This document shows positions 1 to 7,791 of a DNA stretch of 64,000 nt, piece by piece. Position 1 is the stretch's first letter; the number at the start of each line of letters is the position of its first letter. Below the pieces are notes generated by a model that ran no database searches, had not been told where the DNA came from, and saw nothing but the letters and a program-made list of their open reading frames with translations. The stretch is from an uncultured Thermodesulfobacteriota bacterium (GTDB taxonomy: Bacteria > Desulfobacterota > GWC2-55-46 > JADFVP01), in the NCBI GenBank assembly GCA_964407495.1, contig CAYOVP010000003.1:1484-65483 (forward strand), given 5' to 3'. Position numbers and translations under genes: made by a program.

Positions 1-1158
1 ATTGAAGAAGTCGCCGGAGTTTAGGGTGTGGTTTACCTGTAGTTCGAAGTTCTGCGTAAGTAGATAGGTGAGCCCCAGCGTAACGGCAGTCTGCTCGCTG
101 GGTCCAAGGGCACCGGTGTTTCCAGACCTGAGACCAGCGCCAAAGGTGACCCTTCCGGGCAGTACGCCGAGTTCTGCGAGTATGGACCATGCGCGGGCAT
201 CGCCCGGGTTGGCGTTGAATATGTTCATTGGTTTGTCGGCCTTGCTGGCCTGGGCAACGGCATAGTTGAGGTACACGCCAAGGGGCATACCCATGACCGA
301 GCCCTGGGCCTGTGCATCAAGTGCCCAGCCCTCGGCCTTTTCCCTCGTAGAGCCACCCAGTTTGGTAGTGCCCAGCCAGGCCTGGCCGCCTGCGGCAAGG
401 TCCCAGCCCCCTATGGTATGCGTCCCCACGAGCCTCACGTAGTGCATGAAGGGCCCCGAGTCAGATGTGCCGTTCTCTGGTTGCCACATCGTGTAGTCTA
501 TATACCCAGTGTTGTGATATGCCACAAAGGCGAAGCCCTGCGCCGCGTGAGAGAGCCCCACAAACTGAATGGCCGATATGCCTGTAGTGTGCTCCAGGAC
601 ACGTATATTGGCCACTGCCGCGGTGTTGAGCAACTCGAAACCAAACTGAGGGCCCAGTGCATCTGTTGTAAAGGGCACTACCTCGACGTGAACGGTCTTT
701 AAGTCCGTACCTATAGGGGCCTTGAAGTTGGCGAACATGGAACTACCTGAATCCGCCATCTGCCCTTCAAGTAAAAAGCCGATATGCTCACCTATGCGAC
801 CGCCGAGGAAGAGGGCCGCCTCGTCTGGAAACTGGAACTCACCCTTGTTGGTGCCAGAGTCATTGTTCTGGCCGTCTGTCTTCTGATAGCGTATCTTCGT
901 GACAACAGCCGCGTTCAGGGTGGAGGGAAGGGAGAGAAAATCACCCTCTACAAGGCTCTGTCCACCCACCATGGTGAAGCCGTTGGCCTTGAAGGCCCTG
1001 CCAAAAGAGTTGAGGGCCGGGTAGTGCTGGTAGTGACAGGTGTTGCAGGCAAAACCCGTCTGTCTGGCAAATGCTGGTATTGCCCATGAGGATCTTGGAG
1101 CCGACAGGATGGTGATAATCAAGGCCGCGGTGAACGTAAGGAAAAGTAACTTTTTCAT
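1..1158 (-). CDS. cyc2: Cyc2-type outer-membrane monoheme cytochrome c-porin fusion (candidate Fe(II) oxidase), 3'-truncated by the window edge
   Basis: Not in the ORF track; hand translation of 386 codons with no stop. ATG at 1158 with GGAGG RBS at about 1163-1167. Signal peptide MKKLLFLTFTAALIITILSAPRSSWA, then IPAFARQTGFACNTCHYQHYPALNSFGRAFKANGF: AxPxFARQT motif, single CxxCH at 1047-1033, PxL four residues later. Followed by an amphipathic beta-strand-rich region (QFPDEAALFLGGRIGEHIGFLLEG ... TLGLTYLLTQNFELQVNH). Confidence 0.92.
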   Translation of the reverse strand, partial: MKKLLFLTFTAALIITILSAPRSSWAIPAFARQTGFACNTCHYQHYPALNSFGRAFKANGFTMVGGQSLVEGDFLSLPSTLNAAVVTKIRYQKTDGQNNDSGTNKGEFQFPDEAALFLGGRIGEHIGFLLEGQMADSGSSMFANFKAPIGTDLKTVHVEVVPFTTDALGPQFGFELLNTAAVANIRVLEHTTGISAIQFVGLSHAAQGFAFVAYHNTGYIDYTMWQPENGTSDSGPFMHYVRLVGTHTIGGWDLAAGGQAWLGTTKLGGSTREKAEGWALDAQAQGSVMGMPLGVYLNYAVAQASKADKPMNIFNANPGDARAWSILAELGVLPGRVTFGAGLRSGNTGALGPSEQTAVTLGLTYLLTQNFELQVNHTLNSGDFFN

Positions 1159-1265
1159 GATACCTCCTTGTGATTATCTCCTCAATGCCTCTTCTCGTTG
1201 GTGGTCTGTGGTGGTATGGCCTTGTAGAAGGAAGGAAAGTGGCTATGCATGACCGCCACGATGCT

Positions 1266-1294
1266 ATTACATTAGATATCGCATTTATTGTCAA
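1266..1294 (-). promoter_or_regulatory. sigma70-type promoter of cyc2
   Basis: Minus strand TTGACA (1294-1289), 17-nt spacer, TGTAAT (1271-1266); about 100-nt leader to the ATG. Confidence 0.7.
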
Positions 1295-1585
1295 GTACTT
1301 TAAGAACTTGTGTGGTCTGTCCATAAGCCTGAAGGCATCTCCGCGAAGAAAGTACTTGCCCTTGACCTTGTAGACTCGAGTTTGAAATATGGAAAAATTT
1401 CCGGGGCTATCGGGCCTTGGCCTGCCTTGGTACACGAACAACGGCCAAGGTGGGCAACCACTGAAAAGGCCGGTAGATTATGCGACAGGTTGGATGCCAC
1501 CTTCTATCCTGGGGGTGGTAAGAGAGAGGTACTCTCGTAAGGTGAGTAGGGCGGGTCTGGTGAGACTGGCTTGGGACAGAACCTT

Positions 1586-1636
1586 GCTTTTTCTTTCCCG
1601 TATTCGAATAATTCAGGGATGAATTATTCAGAGGTT
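1586..1636. repeat. AGGGAT-loop palindromic repeat, copy 1
   Basis: 47/51 nt identical to 38772-38822; core GAATAATTCA-GGGA-TGAATTATTC. Confidence 0.8.
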
Positions 1637-1685
1637 TCTGAAAGATCAGGGACGCATTATACAGGGGGGGCCTTAAGGGGGTTTC

Positions 1686-4280
1686 TCAAAAGAACTTGAG
1701 TTTTCTCCTGTAGTGGAGGCTGTTGCGGTCTGTGGGGTCTACATCAAGGGCCTTTCTGAAGTAGGCTGTTGCGCGGTCGAAGTTGGCGGCAGCGAAGTAG
1801 GCCCTGCCCACAAGGTTGTACTGACCGGCATAGTACTTTTTCATGAGTTTTTCTGCCAGGGCCTTTTTGTCCATATCATCATGTACTACAAGGTAGGGCA
1901 GGACAGGCTCTCGGAGCCGTACGAACTCTGCGATGTTTGGGGAGATGGTATTGATGTGGAGGCTCTTGGGGCCAGTGAACTCCACCACAGGCATGTCGTC
2001 TGTCATGACAGGGCCGTCGCCTGCGTACCTGCGGACACGGTCTTCGTTCATTACAAAGGTTGCAAGGAACTCCGCCGGGTCATCGAGGTCTATGTCCGAG
2101 AGGAGGTCCTTTATGTTGGGCATAGAGAGTTTCTTCACGAGCCGCTCATAATCTACGGTGAGTCTTCTCTCAGAGCCGAGCATGAAGATGTCCGTATTGG
2201 CGAGCCAGATGGAGGTGTGCGGGAAGACGGACTGGAAGGTACGGACCATGAGGCGGACGTCATCCACGGTGAGGTTGTAAAGAGGTATCCACTGCGACAT
2301 TATTCCGCCCTTCTTGAGATGGGCCTTGGCGAGTTCGTAGTATTCCTTTGTGTACAGGTTCACCACACCCGCAAGGGCCGGGTGCATGGGCTCCTCGGTG
2401 ATCACATCGTACTTGTTCTTTGTTACGGCAAGAAAACTCCGTCCGTCGTCTATGTTTATCTTGGATACCGGATTGTTCAGTACATCCATGTTGGCGTCCT
2501 TGAAGTACGAGGCCCCGCCAATGACGGCCTTGGCAATCTCCACATTGTCTACCTGTTTCACCGGAAACTGGCTCAGCGTACCAAAGGTAGTCCCGGAGCC
2601 AAAGCATATTACGAGGACGTCCCTTGGGTTGGGGTGAATGACCATGGGCAGTACGCCCTGAAAGCGGTTTATCTGTAGGCCCTCGTAATATGCGGCAGTG
2701 GCCCTGTTCCCATTCACCCAGAGGCGCTTGTTCGATGCCTCGATTCCAAAACCCTTTCGCTCGGCTATCATCACCGTGGCAGTGGCCCCTTCCTTGTAAT
2801 AGAGTATCTCCTCGCCGCGTCGAAGAAGAGACTTGTGAAGACTCAGTGGCATGTTCTCAGGAAGAGTGAGTACAAGACCTGCCATGGCCGCTACGCCTAT
2901 GACGGGTATGGCGAGTTTAGGCATGCGCCCGCCAATGGGGTTGGCAAGGGCCACGACAAGGCCTATGAGTATGTTGATGCCCGCGGTTAGGATAATGGCG
3001 TTCTGCATTCCCACAAAGGGTATGAAGACAAAGCCGCTTATGAAAGATCCAAGTATGCCGCCTACCGTGTTCAGCGAGTATACGCGGCCTATCTTCTCGC
3101 CTACGCTCTCGGCGCTCCAGTCATAGACCTTGCATATGAGGGGAAAGGTGGCGCCAAAGAGAAAGGTGGGTATTATGAGCGTTATGAAGGATGTAAAGAA
3201 GTTGAGATATACGAACTCTCCCCAGTTGGGCGTACTGTCAAGACGGGCGTAAAAGCCCATTCCCGGCAACTTGGCGTAGAGGATGATGAGGGCAAGGGAA
3301 CTGAGCCCAATGAGGATCTCTACGGCAGAGAAGAGATATATTACCGCGGCGCGTGAACGTATCCTGTCCAGAAAGGAGGAGAGTACGAAACTCCCGAGCG
3401 CTATGCCCGTCAGAAAGACTGCCAGCACCACGGCAAAGGCATATACCGTACCCGTGAGGATGAACCCCAGGACCCTTGTCCAGACCACCTCGTAACACAG
3501 GCCCGTAAAGCCCGATAGACCAAAGGCGTAGAGTATGATGGTGTTGAAGTATGGCGGTATGGCCTTCTCAGGAGGGCGATGGTTGTCTCTGGCAGGCCCT
3601 GACCTGGGCCTGGCTTGGTCTTCGGCCCCGGTCATGTCTACCTCGCGGGCAGTCTCGGTCCTTCCAAAGAGTATGGCCGAAGCGCCTATGGCGAAGTTCA
3701 GCACCCCCGAGCCGTAGAGTATGGCCGAGAGCCCGAAAGAAGGGATGAATACAAAGGCCGCCAGTACGGCGCCGGTAACGGCCCCAAGAGTGTTGATGGC
3801 GTAGAGCCCGCCTATGTCCCAGGCAAAGGTGCGCCTTCCGCGCGCAAGGGTCTTGCTGAGTATGGGGAGAGTGGCGCCCATGAGCGTGGTGGGCACGATG
3901 AGGAGCAGGGCAGAGAGTATGAACTTTATGAGCGTGAGCCCGGCAAAACCAGAGCCCGTGGCCTGGGCAAGGAATACATAGGCGCTGTTGTTGACCTGCA
4001 GGAGGATGCCGAAGAGTATGGCATATACCCCTATGAGTATCTCGGCACCGCCGTACCAGAAAAAACCGCCCCTGTGGCGCTCGATCCACTTTCCGCCGAG
4101 AAAACTCCCGAGGGCAAGGCCGCCGAAGAAGGACGTGAGGACCGTACTCACGGCAAGGAATGTGACGCCAAAGGTGAGGGTTAGGAGTTTTGTCCAGACC
4201 ATCTGGTAGATGAGCGCCGCGACCCCAGAGGCGAAGAACATCAGGTAGATGAGTGCTCTCAATATAAAAAACCCCTTCAT
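1686..4280 (-). CDS. Fused multi-TM/spermidine-synthase-like (aminopropyltransferase fold) protein with C-terminal TPR
   Basis: About 13 TM segments (SGVAALIYQMVWTKLL, FGATFP repeats), then ICFGSGTT SAM-binding motif, DDGRSFL and EEPMHP; TPR-like tail. Confidence 0.85.
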   Translation of the reverse strand: MKGFFILRALIYLMFFASGVAALIYQMVWTKLLTLTFGVTFLAVSTVLTSFFGGLALGSFLGGKWIERHRGGFFWYGGAEILIGVYAILFGILLQVNNSAYVFLAQATGSGFAGLTLIKFILSALLLIVPTTLMGATLPILSKTLARGRRTFAWDIGGLYAINTLGAVTGAVLAAFVFIPSFGLSAILYGSGVLNFAIGASAILFGRTETAREVDMTGAEDQARPRSGPARDNHRPPEKAIPPYFNTIILYAFGLSGFTGLCYEVVWTRVLGFILTGTVYAFAVVLAVFLTGIALGSFVLSSFLDRIRSRAAVIYLFSAVEILIGLSSLALIILYAKLPGMGFYARLDSTPNWGEFVYLNFFTSFITLIIPTFLFGATFPLICKVYDWSAESVGEKIGRVYSLNTVGGILGSFISGFVFIPFVGMQNAIILTAGINILIGLVVALANPIGGRMPKLAIPVIGVAAMAGLVLTLPENMPLSLHKSLLRRGEEILYYKEGATATVMIAERKGFGIEASNKRLWVNGNRATAAYYEGLQINRFQGVLPMVIHPNPRDVLVICFGSGTTFGTLSQFPVKQVDNVEIAKAVIGGASYFKDANMDVLNNPVSKINIDDGRSFLAVTKNKYDVITEEPMHPALAGVVNLYTKEYYELAKAHLKKGGIMSQWIPLYNLTVDDVRLMVRTFQSVFPHTSIWLANTDIFMLGSERRLTVDYERLVKKLSMPNIKDLLSDIDLDDPAEFLATFVMNEDRVRRYAGDGPVMTDDMPVVEFTGPKSLHINTISPNIAEFVRLREPVLPYLVVHDDMDKKALAEKLMKKYYAGQYNLVGRAYFAAANFDRATAYFRKALDVDPTDRNSLHYRRKLKFF

Positions 4281-4716
4281 ATAATATTCAAGCCCCGGGT
4301 CCGCTTGACTTCACCAGACCACGGGGCGGCATGGTTTACCGGATAGACATATCCCCTATATTTAAACATAAAAGGACGCCCTTTTACAACTCCCAGTTCC
4401 TCTCTGGGGCGAAGAGACGCTGTCTTCCCCTCTTTTCTTCCATGCCGCCTCTCCTGCACACCCCTCTTTTTCAGGTCTGCACTCAATTTATGGTAGATAT
4501 CACGGGAGATGAGAAGGAGGCATGAGGAGAAGAAGACCTGAGGGCAGTACGGAAAACAAGAAGGCCGCTCGTCCCTACCCTCTCTGGACTCCGGGGAAAG
4601 AAGAGAGTAAGGGGAAGCAAGGAGGAGGGAGCGGGTGCTTGGTTGACAAGGTGACTCAGGCCACTCTCAAGGGTTGAGACTCTTGGGTTGAGGAGGAGCC
4701 ATGCTTTCGGTCTCTC

Positions 4717-5838
4717 TCAACGGCCCCTCTTGAAGAGGTCCATCTCGCCCAGGGAGAGGAGGTCAGGGTCTTTTTCCTCCAGGGGTACCGTCTCTTCCTC
4801 GGCTGGTCGGCCTGTCTTGGCAAGGGTTTTCTTCCCTTCAGAAGGTTGGTCGGGCGCGGTCTCCTTGCGGCCTATGAGACCAGTATATATGGGCCGCTCG
4901 AAGATCCTCTGATAGGGGGTCCATGAGGCGCCCTCTTCCACCTCTCCTGTCATGACCCGCAGGGCCGCCATCTTTGCGTCCATATCGTCGAGGAAGGAGA
5001 GCATGATGGCCTCTGCGAACTTGGGCCTCTTGGGAGAGCCAAACTCCAGTATGCCATGATGGCTCAGGATGAGGTGGTTGATCGCCATGCGGGTGTGTTC
5101 CGGAAACCCGGGGATGGCCGCAGTCTTCCTGTTTACGAGTTCCACTCCAAGGGTAATGTGGCCGATGAGTTTGCCCTGGTCCGTATAATCAAAGGAACTG
5201 GTGTAAGAGAGTTCGTATATCTTTCCTATGTCGTGGAGGATGGCCCCTGCCATGAGGATATCGCGGTTGAGGGCAAGGTCTTCTCTGTAGTGCTCCACTA
5301 CGAAGTCCACTATGGAGCAGATGGAGAGGACGTGCTCTATGAGTCCGCCGATAAAGGCATGGTGCATGGCCTTGGCAGCCGGGGCGGTCCTGAAGCGGGA
5401 CCTTACATCGGTGTCGGCGAAGATGGCCTTCAGGAGGGCCTTTATCCATGGGTCTTCAAGGGTCTCGATAATGCCATCGAGTTCACCCATCATCTCCTCG
5501 GGGTCTCGTCTCGATGAGGGGAGAAAGTCTGATGGTGAGCATTCCTCTGGCGGAGTCTTTTCTATGGAAGATACGTTCAACTGGACATCTCCGCGGTACG
5601 AGAGGGCATAACCACGGACGCGCACCACGTCTCCTGCTTCGAAGAGGCGTGCCATGGCCTCGGCATTATCCCAGACCCTGGCGTCCATGGACCCTGTGGA
5701 GTCCATGAATCGGAGGCTCAGATAGGGCTTTCCGGTCTTGCTGACGCCCATATCTTTTCTTGCAACAAGAAAGACGTCGTCGATGCGGTCGCGTTCCTTT
5801 ATGTCTTTTATGAAGGTCTTTTTTGCCGATTTATTCAA
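4717..5838 (-). CDS. yhaM: 3'-5' exoribonuclease YhaM-like (OB fold + HD domain)
   Basis: N-terminal OB fold (KTGKPYLSL...DSTG), HHAFIGGLIEH, LHDIGK, HHG, DDMDAK. Confidence 0.8.
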   Translation of the reverse strand: MNKSAKKTFIKDIKERDRIDDVFLVARKDMGVSKTGKPYLSLRFMDSTGSMDARVWDNAEAMARLFEAGDVVRVRGYALSYRGDVQLNVSSIEKTPPEECSPSDFLPSSRRDPEEMMGELDGIIETLEDPWIKALLKAIFADTDVRSRFRTAPAAKAMHHAFIGGLIEHVLSICSIVDFVVEHYREDLALNRDILMAGAILHDIGKIYELSYTSSFDYTDQGKLIGHITLGVELVNRKTAAIPGFPEHTRMAINHLILSHHGILEFGSPKRPKFAEAIMLSFLDDMDAKMAALRVMTGEVEEGASWTPYQRIFERPIYTGLIGRKETAPDQPSEGKKTLAKTGRPAEEETVPLEEKDPDLLSLGEMDLFKRGR

Positions 5839-5962
5839 GGTATTTCCCTTTTTGTCTTTCTTTGTTGGAAGTGCAAGCCTTGTTTAGAGTGTTTGCCTGG
5901 TTTCGCTTCGCTCTACCCAATTTTTCTGTTGGGCCCTGTCCATCCTACGAGTCTACAGGTCT

Positions 5963-6030
5963 TTCCAGCGGGCGCGGCCCGCTGGAACTGGTTTTCTTTG
6001 CTCCACTTTCTTTTTTCTAAAAGAAAGTGG
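5963..6030 (+). repeat. Family-1 dispersed hairpin repeat, copy A, preceded by a GC hairpin
   Basis: TTCCAGCGGGC-GCG-GCCCGCTGGAA hairpin, then GGTTTTCTTTGCTCCACTTTCTTTT-TTCT-AAAAGAAAGTGG. Confidence 0.85.
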
Positions 6031-6100
6031 AAGAATCTTCTCTTCTCTTGGCGGGCCCTGTCCGCCCATCATACATTTTTTTCTTCTCTATAAGATCCTT

Positions 6101-7078
6101 TTAAGCCTTTATCTTTTCTTTTTTCTCTTCTTCGACCCTTTCGAGGAACCACTTTACGTATCTTCTTATGCCTTCTTCAATACCCACTTGTGGTCTGAAC
6201 CCGAGGAGGCGTTCGGCCTTTGATGTATCGGCGCTGGTGATGGGCACGTCTCCAGGCACAGGCGGGAGGTACTCTATCAGGGCCTTTTTCCCGAGGTTTT
6301 TTTCGATAAGGGTTATGAGTTCCCTTACCTCCACGGTTTTCGATCCGCCGAGGTTTATTATTTCGTATCTCATGGGCTTATATACCGATGCCACGAGGCC
6401 ATTTATTATGTCTCCGATGTAGGTAAAGTCGCGTATGGCCGACCCGTCGCCATAGAGGGGGATGGGCGAGCCCGCGTGGATGAGGCGCGTGAATTTTGCC
6501 ACAGCCATGTCAGGCCTGCCCCGCTCGCCGTAAACGGTAAAGAACCTCAGGCATGTAACCTGTAATCCGAAGAGGTGCGAGTAGGTATAGCACATGAGTT
6601 CAGAAGCCCGTTTTGTGGCGGCATAGGGCGAGATGGGGCCCTCGAGTGGGTCCTCCTCGGAGAAGGGGACCTTGGAGTTAAGGCCGTAGACAGATGAGGA
6701 CGAGGCAAAGACGAGGTTGCCGAGGTTTATCTTGCGCGAGGCCTCAAGGACATTGAGCGTTCCCAGGGAGTTGACCTCTTCGTACAGAACGGGTGCCTCG
6801 ATACTGGGGCGCACCCCTGCCCGGGCGGCTATGTGGCAGACCACGTCGGGCCGTTCTGTCTCGAAGACAGTGGCTAATCTGGCGCCGTCCCGTATGTCGA
6901 GTTCATAGAGGCGGTAGGACGGGTTGTTCATTGCAGAGGCGATGTTGCGTCTCTTTATGGCAGGGTCGTAAAAGTCGTTGAAGTTGTCTATGACAACTAC
7001 ACTCTCGCCCCTTTCAAGCAGGTTATCCGCGAGGGTAGAGCCTATGAAGCCGGCCCCGCCGGTTATGAGAATTTTCAT
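6101..7078 (-). CDS. NAD-dependent epimerase/dehydratase (UDP-glucuronate 4-epimerase-like)
   Basis: GGAGFIGS, ASSSSVYG, YAATK (YxxxK), RFFTVYG..GRPDMA. Confidence 0.9.
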   Translation of the reverse strand: MKILITGGAGFIGSTLADNLLERGESVVVIDNFNDFYDPAIKRRNIASAMNNPSYRLYELDIRDGARLATVFETERPDVVCHIAARAGVRPSIEAPVLYEEVNSLGTLNVLEASRKINLGNLVFASSSSVYGLNSKVPFSEEDPLEGPISPYAATKRASELMCYTYSHLFGLQVTCLRFFTVYGERGRPDMAVAKFTRLIHAGSPIPLYGDGSAIRDFTYIGDIINGLVASVYKPMRYEIINLGGSKTVEVRELITLIEKNLGKKALIEYLPPVPGDVPITSADTSKAERLLGFRPQVGIEEGIRRYVKWFLERVEEEKKEKIKA

Positions 7079-7167
7079 CCCACCAAACTAACACAGCCGG
7101 ACCGCAGTGGTCAAGGAGACAGAGGCTACCGGAGGATTTTCAAGGCCCTTTCTTAACTTGGCAAGAT

Positions 7168-7398
7168 GTGCTGATAGACTTAATCCATGGCAGGGATGGG
7201 AAGATGAAGAAAGAGGACATGGGATACGCCAACCACCTCGGCCTGTACTCCGAGGAAATAGCCCCCGCAACAGGAGACTTCCTTGGCAACTTCTCCCAGG
7301 CCTTCACCCACATAGGTTTCATAAACAGCGCCTTGTACCTCGGCAAGGCCGCTGGAATAGAACAGATGGGGCCCCCTCCGATTGGGACGGAGTTATGA
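7168..7398 (+). pseudogene. C-terminal remnant of a glycoside hydrolase family 15 gene
   Basis: GYANHLGLYSEEIAPATGDFLGNFSQAFTHIGFINSA matches the GH15 C-terminal signature (ANxLGLxxEE...GNFPQAFTH); no room for the rest of the gene. Confidence 0.75.
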
Positions 7399-7458
7399 GG
7401 CCAGGAGAAGAAGGTGAGGGTAGCCGGGCATGGCCCGCCGAAAGACAAAAAGATTTTT

Positions 7459-7500
7459 CCACTTTCTTTTGGAAAAAAGAAAGTGGAGCAAAGAAAACCC
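7459..7500 (-). repeat. Family-1 dispersed hairpin repeat, copy B
   Basis: Reverse complement GGGTTTTCTTTGCTCCACTTTCTTTT-TTCC-AAAAGAAAGTGG. Confidence 0.85.
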
Positions 7501-7508
7501 AGCGTGTC

Positions 7509-7536
7509 GGTTGGGTAGAGCGTAGCGAAACCCAAC
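7509..7536 (+). repeat. REP-like palindrome
   Basis: GGTTGGGTAGAGCGTAGCGAAACCCAAC; near-identical reverse copies at 48436-48466 and 48525-48552. Confidence 0.85.
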
Positions 7537-7577
7537 AGAGTGAGAGGGCAGAATTGCCCCCAAGGCCTCGGCAAAAC

Positions 7578-7751
7578 CTAAAAATCCTCGTCGAGGTAGA
7601 ATCTATCAGCCTTTTTCCTGAGTTTCAGCGGGCACTGGCAGTAGGGGCAGTATATCTGGTCTCCGGTCTTGTCCTCTTCGGAAATGGGCACTTCGGCATC
7701 GCAGAGCGGGCACTGCAGGTACCCCGAGAAGGTCTCTCTGTTATAGGACAT
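7578..7751 (-). CDS. Small LysW-like zinc-ribbon protein (57 aa)
   Basis: Not in the ORF track. GAGGAG RBS; MSYNRETFSGYLQCPLCDAEVPISEEDKTGDQIYCPYCQCPLKLRKKADRFYLDEDF; two CPxC knuckles and an acidic C-terminus; 40 nt downstream of gpmI. Confidence 0.8.
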   Translation of the reverse strand: MSYNRETFSGYLQCPLCDAEVPISEEDKTGDQIYCPYCQCPLKLRKKADRFYLDEDF

Positions 7752-7791
7752 CTCTTCTCTCCTCTTCTCTCGGCAAGGGTTTCCCGAACCA

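Noticed and set aside
941-1441. 166-aa minus-strand ORF upstream of and overlapping cyc2
   Set aside because: Different frame from cyc2, runs through its promoter and RBS, no motif
1713-2678. Long antisense ORFs (also 8320-9138, 12899-14026, 13989-14930, 35265-36437, 49402-50175, 51664-52878, 59608-60747 and many shorter ones)
   Set aside because: Shadow frames opposite well-supported genes in GC-rich DNA; no recognisable motifs
4522-4677. 51-aa plus-strand ORF with AAGGAGG RBS
   Set aside because: Low-complexity, antisense to both neighbours, no motif
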